In this document: piece by piece, positions 63,411-64,000 of the stretch | Layout of the letters: every line of letters starts with the position of its first letter | Position numbering within the stretch: the stretch's first letter is position 1 | NCBI GenBank assembly: GCA_051362555.1 | Contig: CM120648.1 | Location: 19,836,587-19,900,586, forward strand | Direction of reading: 5' to 3' | Source of the DNA: Lingula anatina | Lineage: Eukaryota > Animalia > Brachiopoda | Length of the DNA stretch: 64,000 nt | Notes under the pieces: model-generated | What the model saw: the letters and a program-made list of their open reading frames with translations, nothing else | The model's database searches: none | Told to the model about the DNA's origin: nothing | Made by a program: the position numbers and the translations under genes

Positions 63411-64000
63411 ACTTGTCCTTCAAGAAATACATGCCTTCAAGAAATCGACGAAAACTGGAAGTGCATGTTTTTTGCACTGTTTTTCCTGTCATGCCCATCG
63501 TAAACACTGTGTTGTCAAGTAAAAGGAAGCGTCTGATACAAAGTATCAAATGCGGCATTGACGTGCTTGCTTGCGATGTGTTCAGTACACTTTGTTTACA
63601 CTGACAAGTCGAGGTCAGAAATGCACAATGTTTTTCTATGTAATTACGCAGTTTCAATTTTGATTAGTGAATTTTCTTTTATCTGCACGGTCATTTTCCG
63701 AACATATGATAAGCCACGAAATATTTCTCATCGGAAAATCACCCAGCAGCTTTCCAAGTACAAGCGAGTGACGTCATGATGCACTTCCGGTTTTCGTCAA
63801 GATCTTGAAGGGATTAGCGTTATGGTTTGCTGCACATTTAAAGCGGTCTGTCTCAACATGTACTTGACTGCTTGGATTGAAATTTACAGAACTTATTCTT
63901 CACATGATATCACACATATGTGCTTAATTTGAGAGCTTTAGCTGTTATATATTTTCTACAGTGCCCATTCAAAATTGAAAAAGAGCTATTTTCCGTCAAT

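Overview
AT-rich, intron-containing eukaryotic DNA. The repeat families suggest a lophotrochozoan invertebrate, probably a mollusc (inference). The main result is two same-strand Roco-GTPase genes at opposite ends of the window. Gene A (1-13377) runs off the left edge. Its eight phase-compatible exons join the end of a ROC domain and a full COR domain directly to an intact caspase (SHG, QACQG, SWR), and a decayed duplicate COR exon lies in one intron. Gene B (53247 to beyond 61925) starts with a single-exon NHL beta-propeller that can splice in phase into a ROC P-loop exon. Together they suggest a tandem family of single-chain NHL-ROC-COR-caspase 'sensor-switch-protease' proteins, although no single copy is complete here. 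Between them are the first three exons of an HSD11B1L-like SDR and a dense nest of transposons: Tc1/mariner, Harbinger, ISL2EU, Kolobok-like, Helentron-type, Penelope, DIRS and L2. The Harbinger element is unusual in two ways. Its transposase stop codon is followed directly by a diverged, apparently intronless antisense copy of its own coding sequence, and its Myb/SANT partner gene has an exon inflated by about 53 copies of a 39-bp coding repeat. All calls were made by eye; no database search was run.
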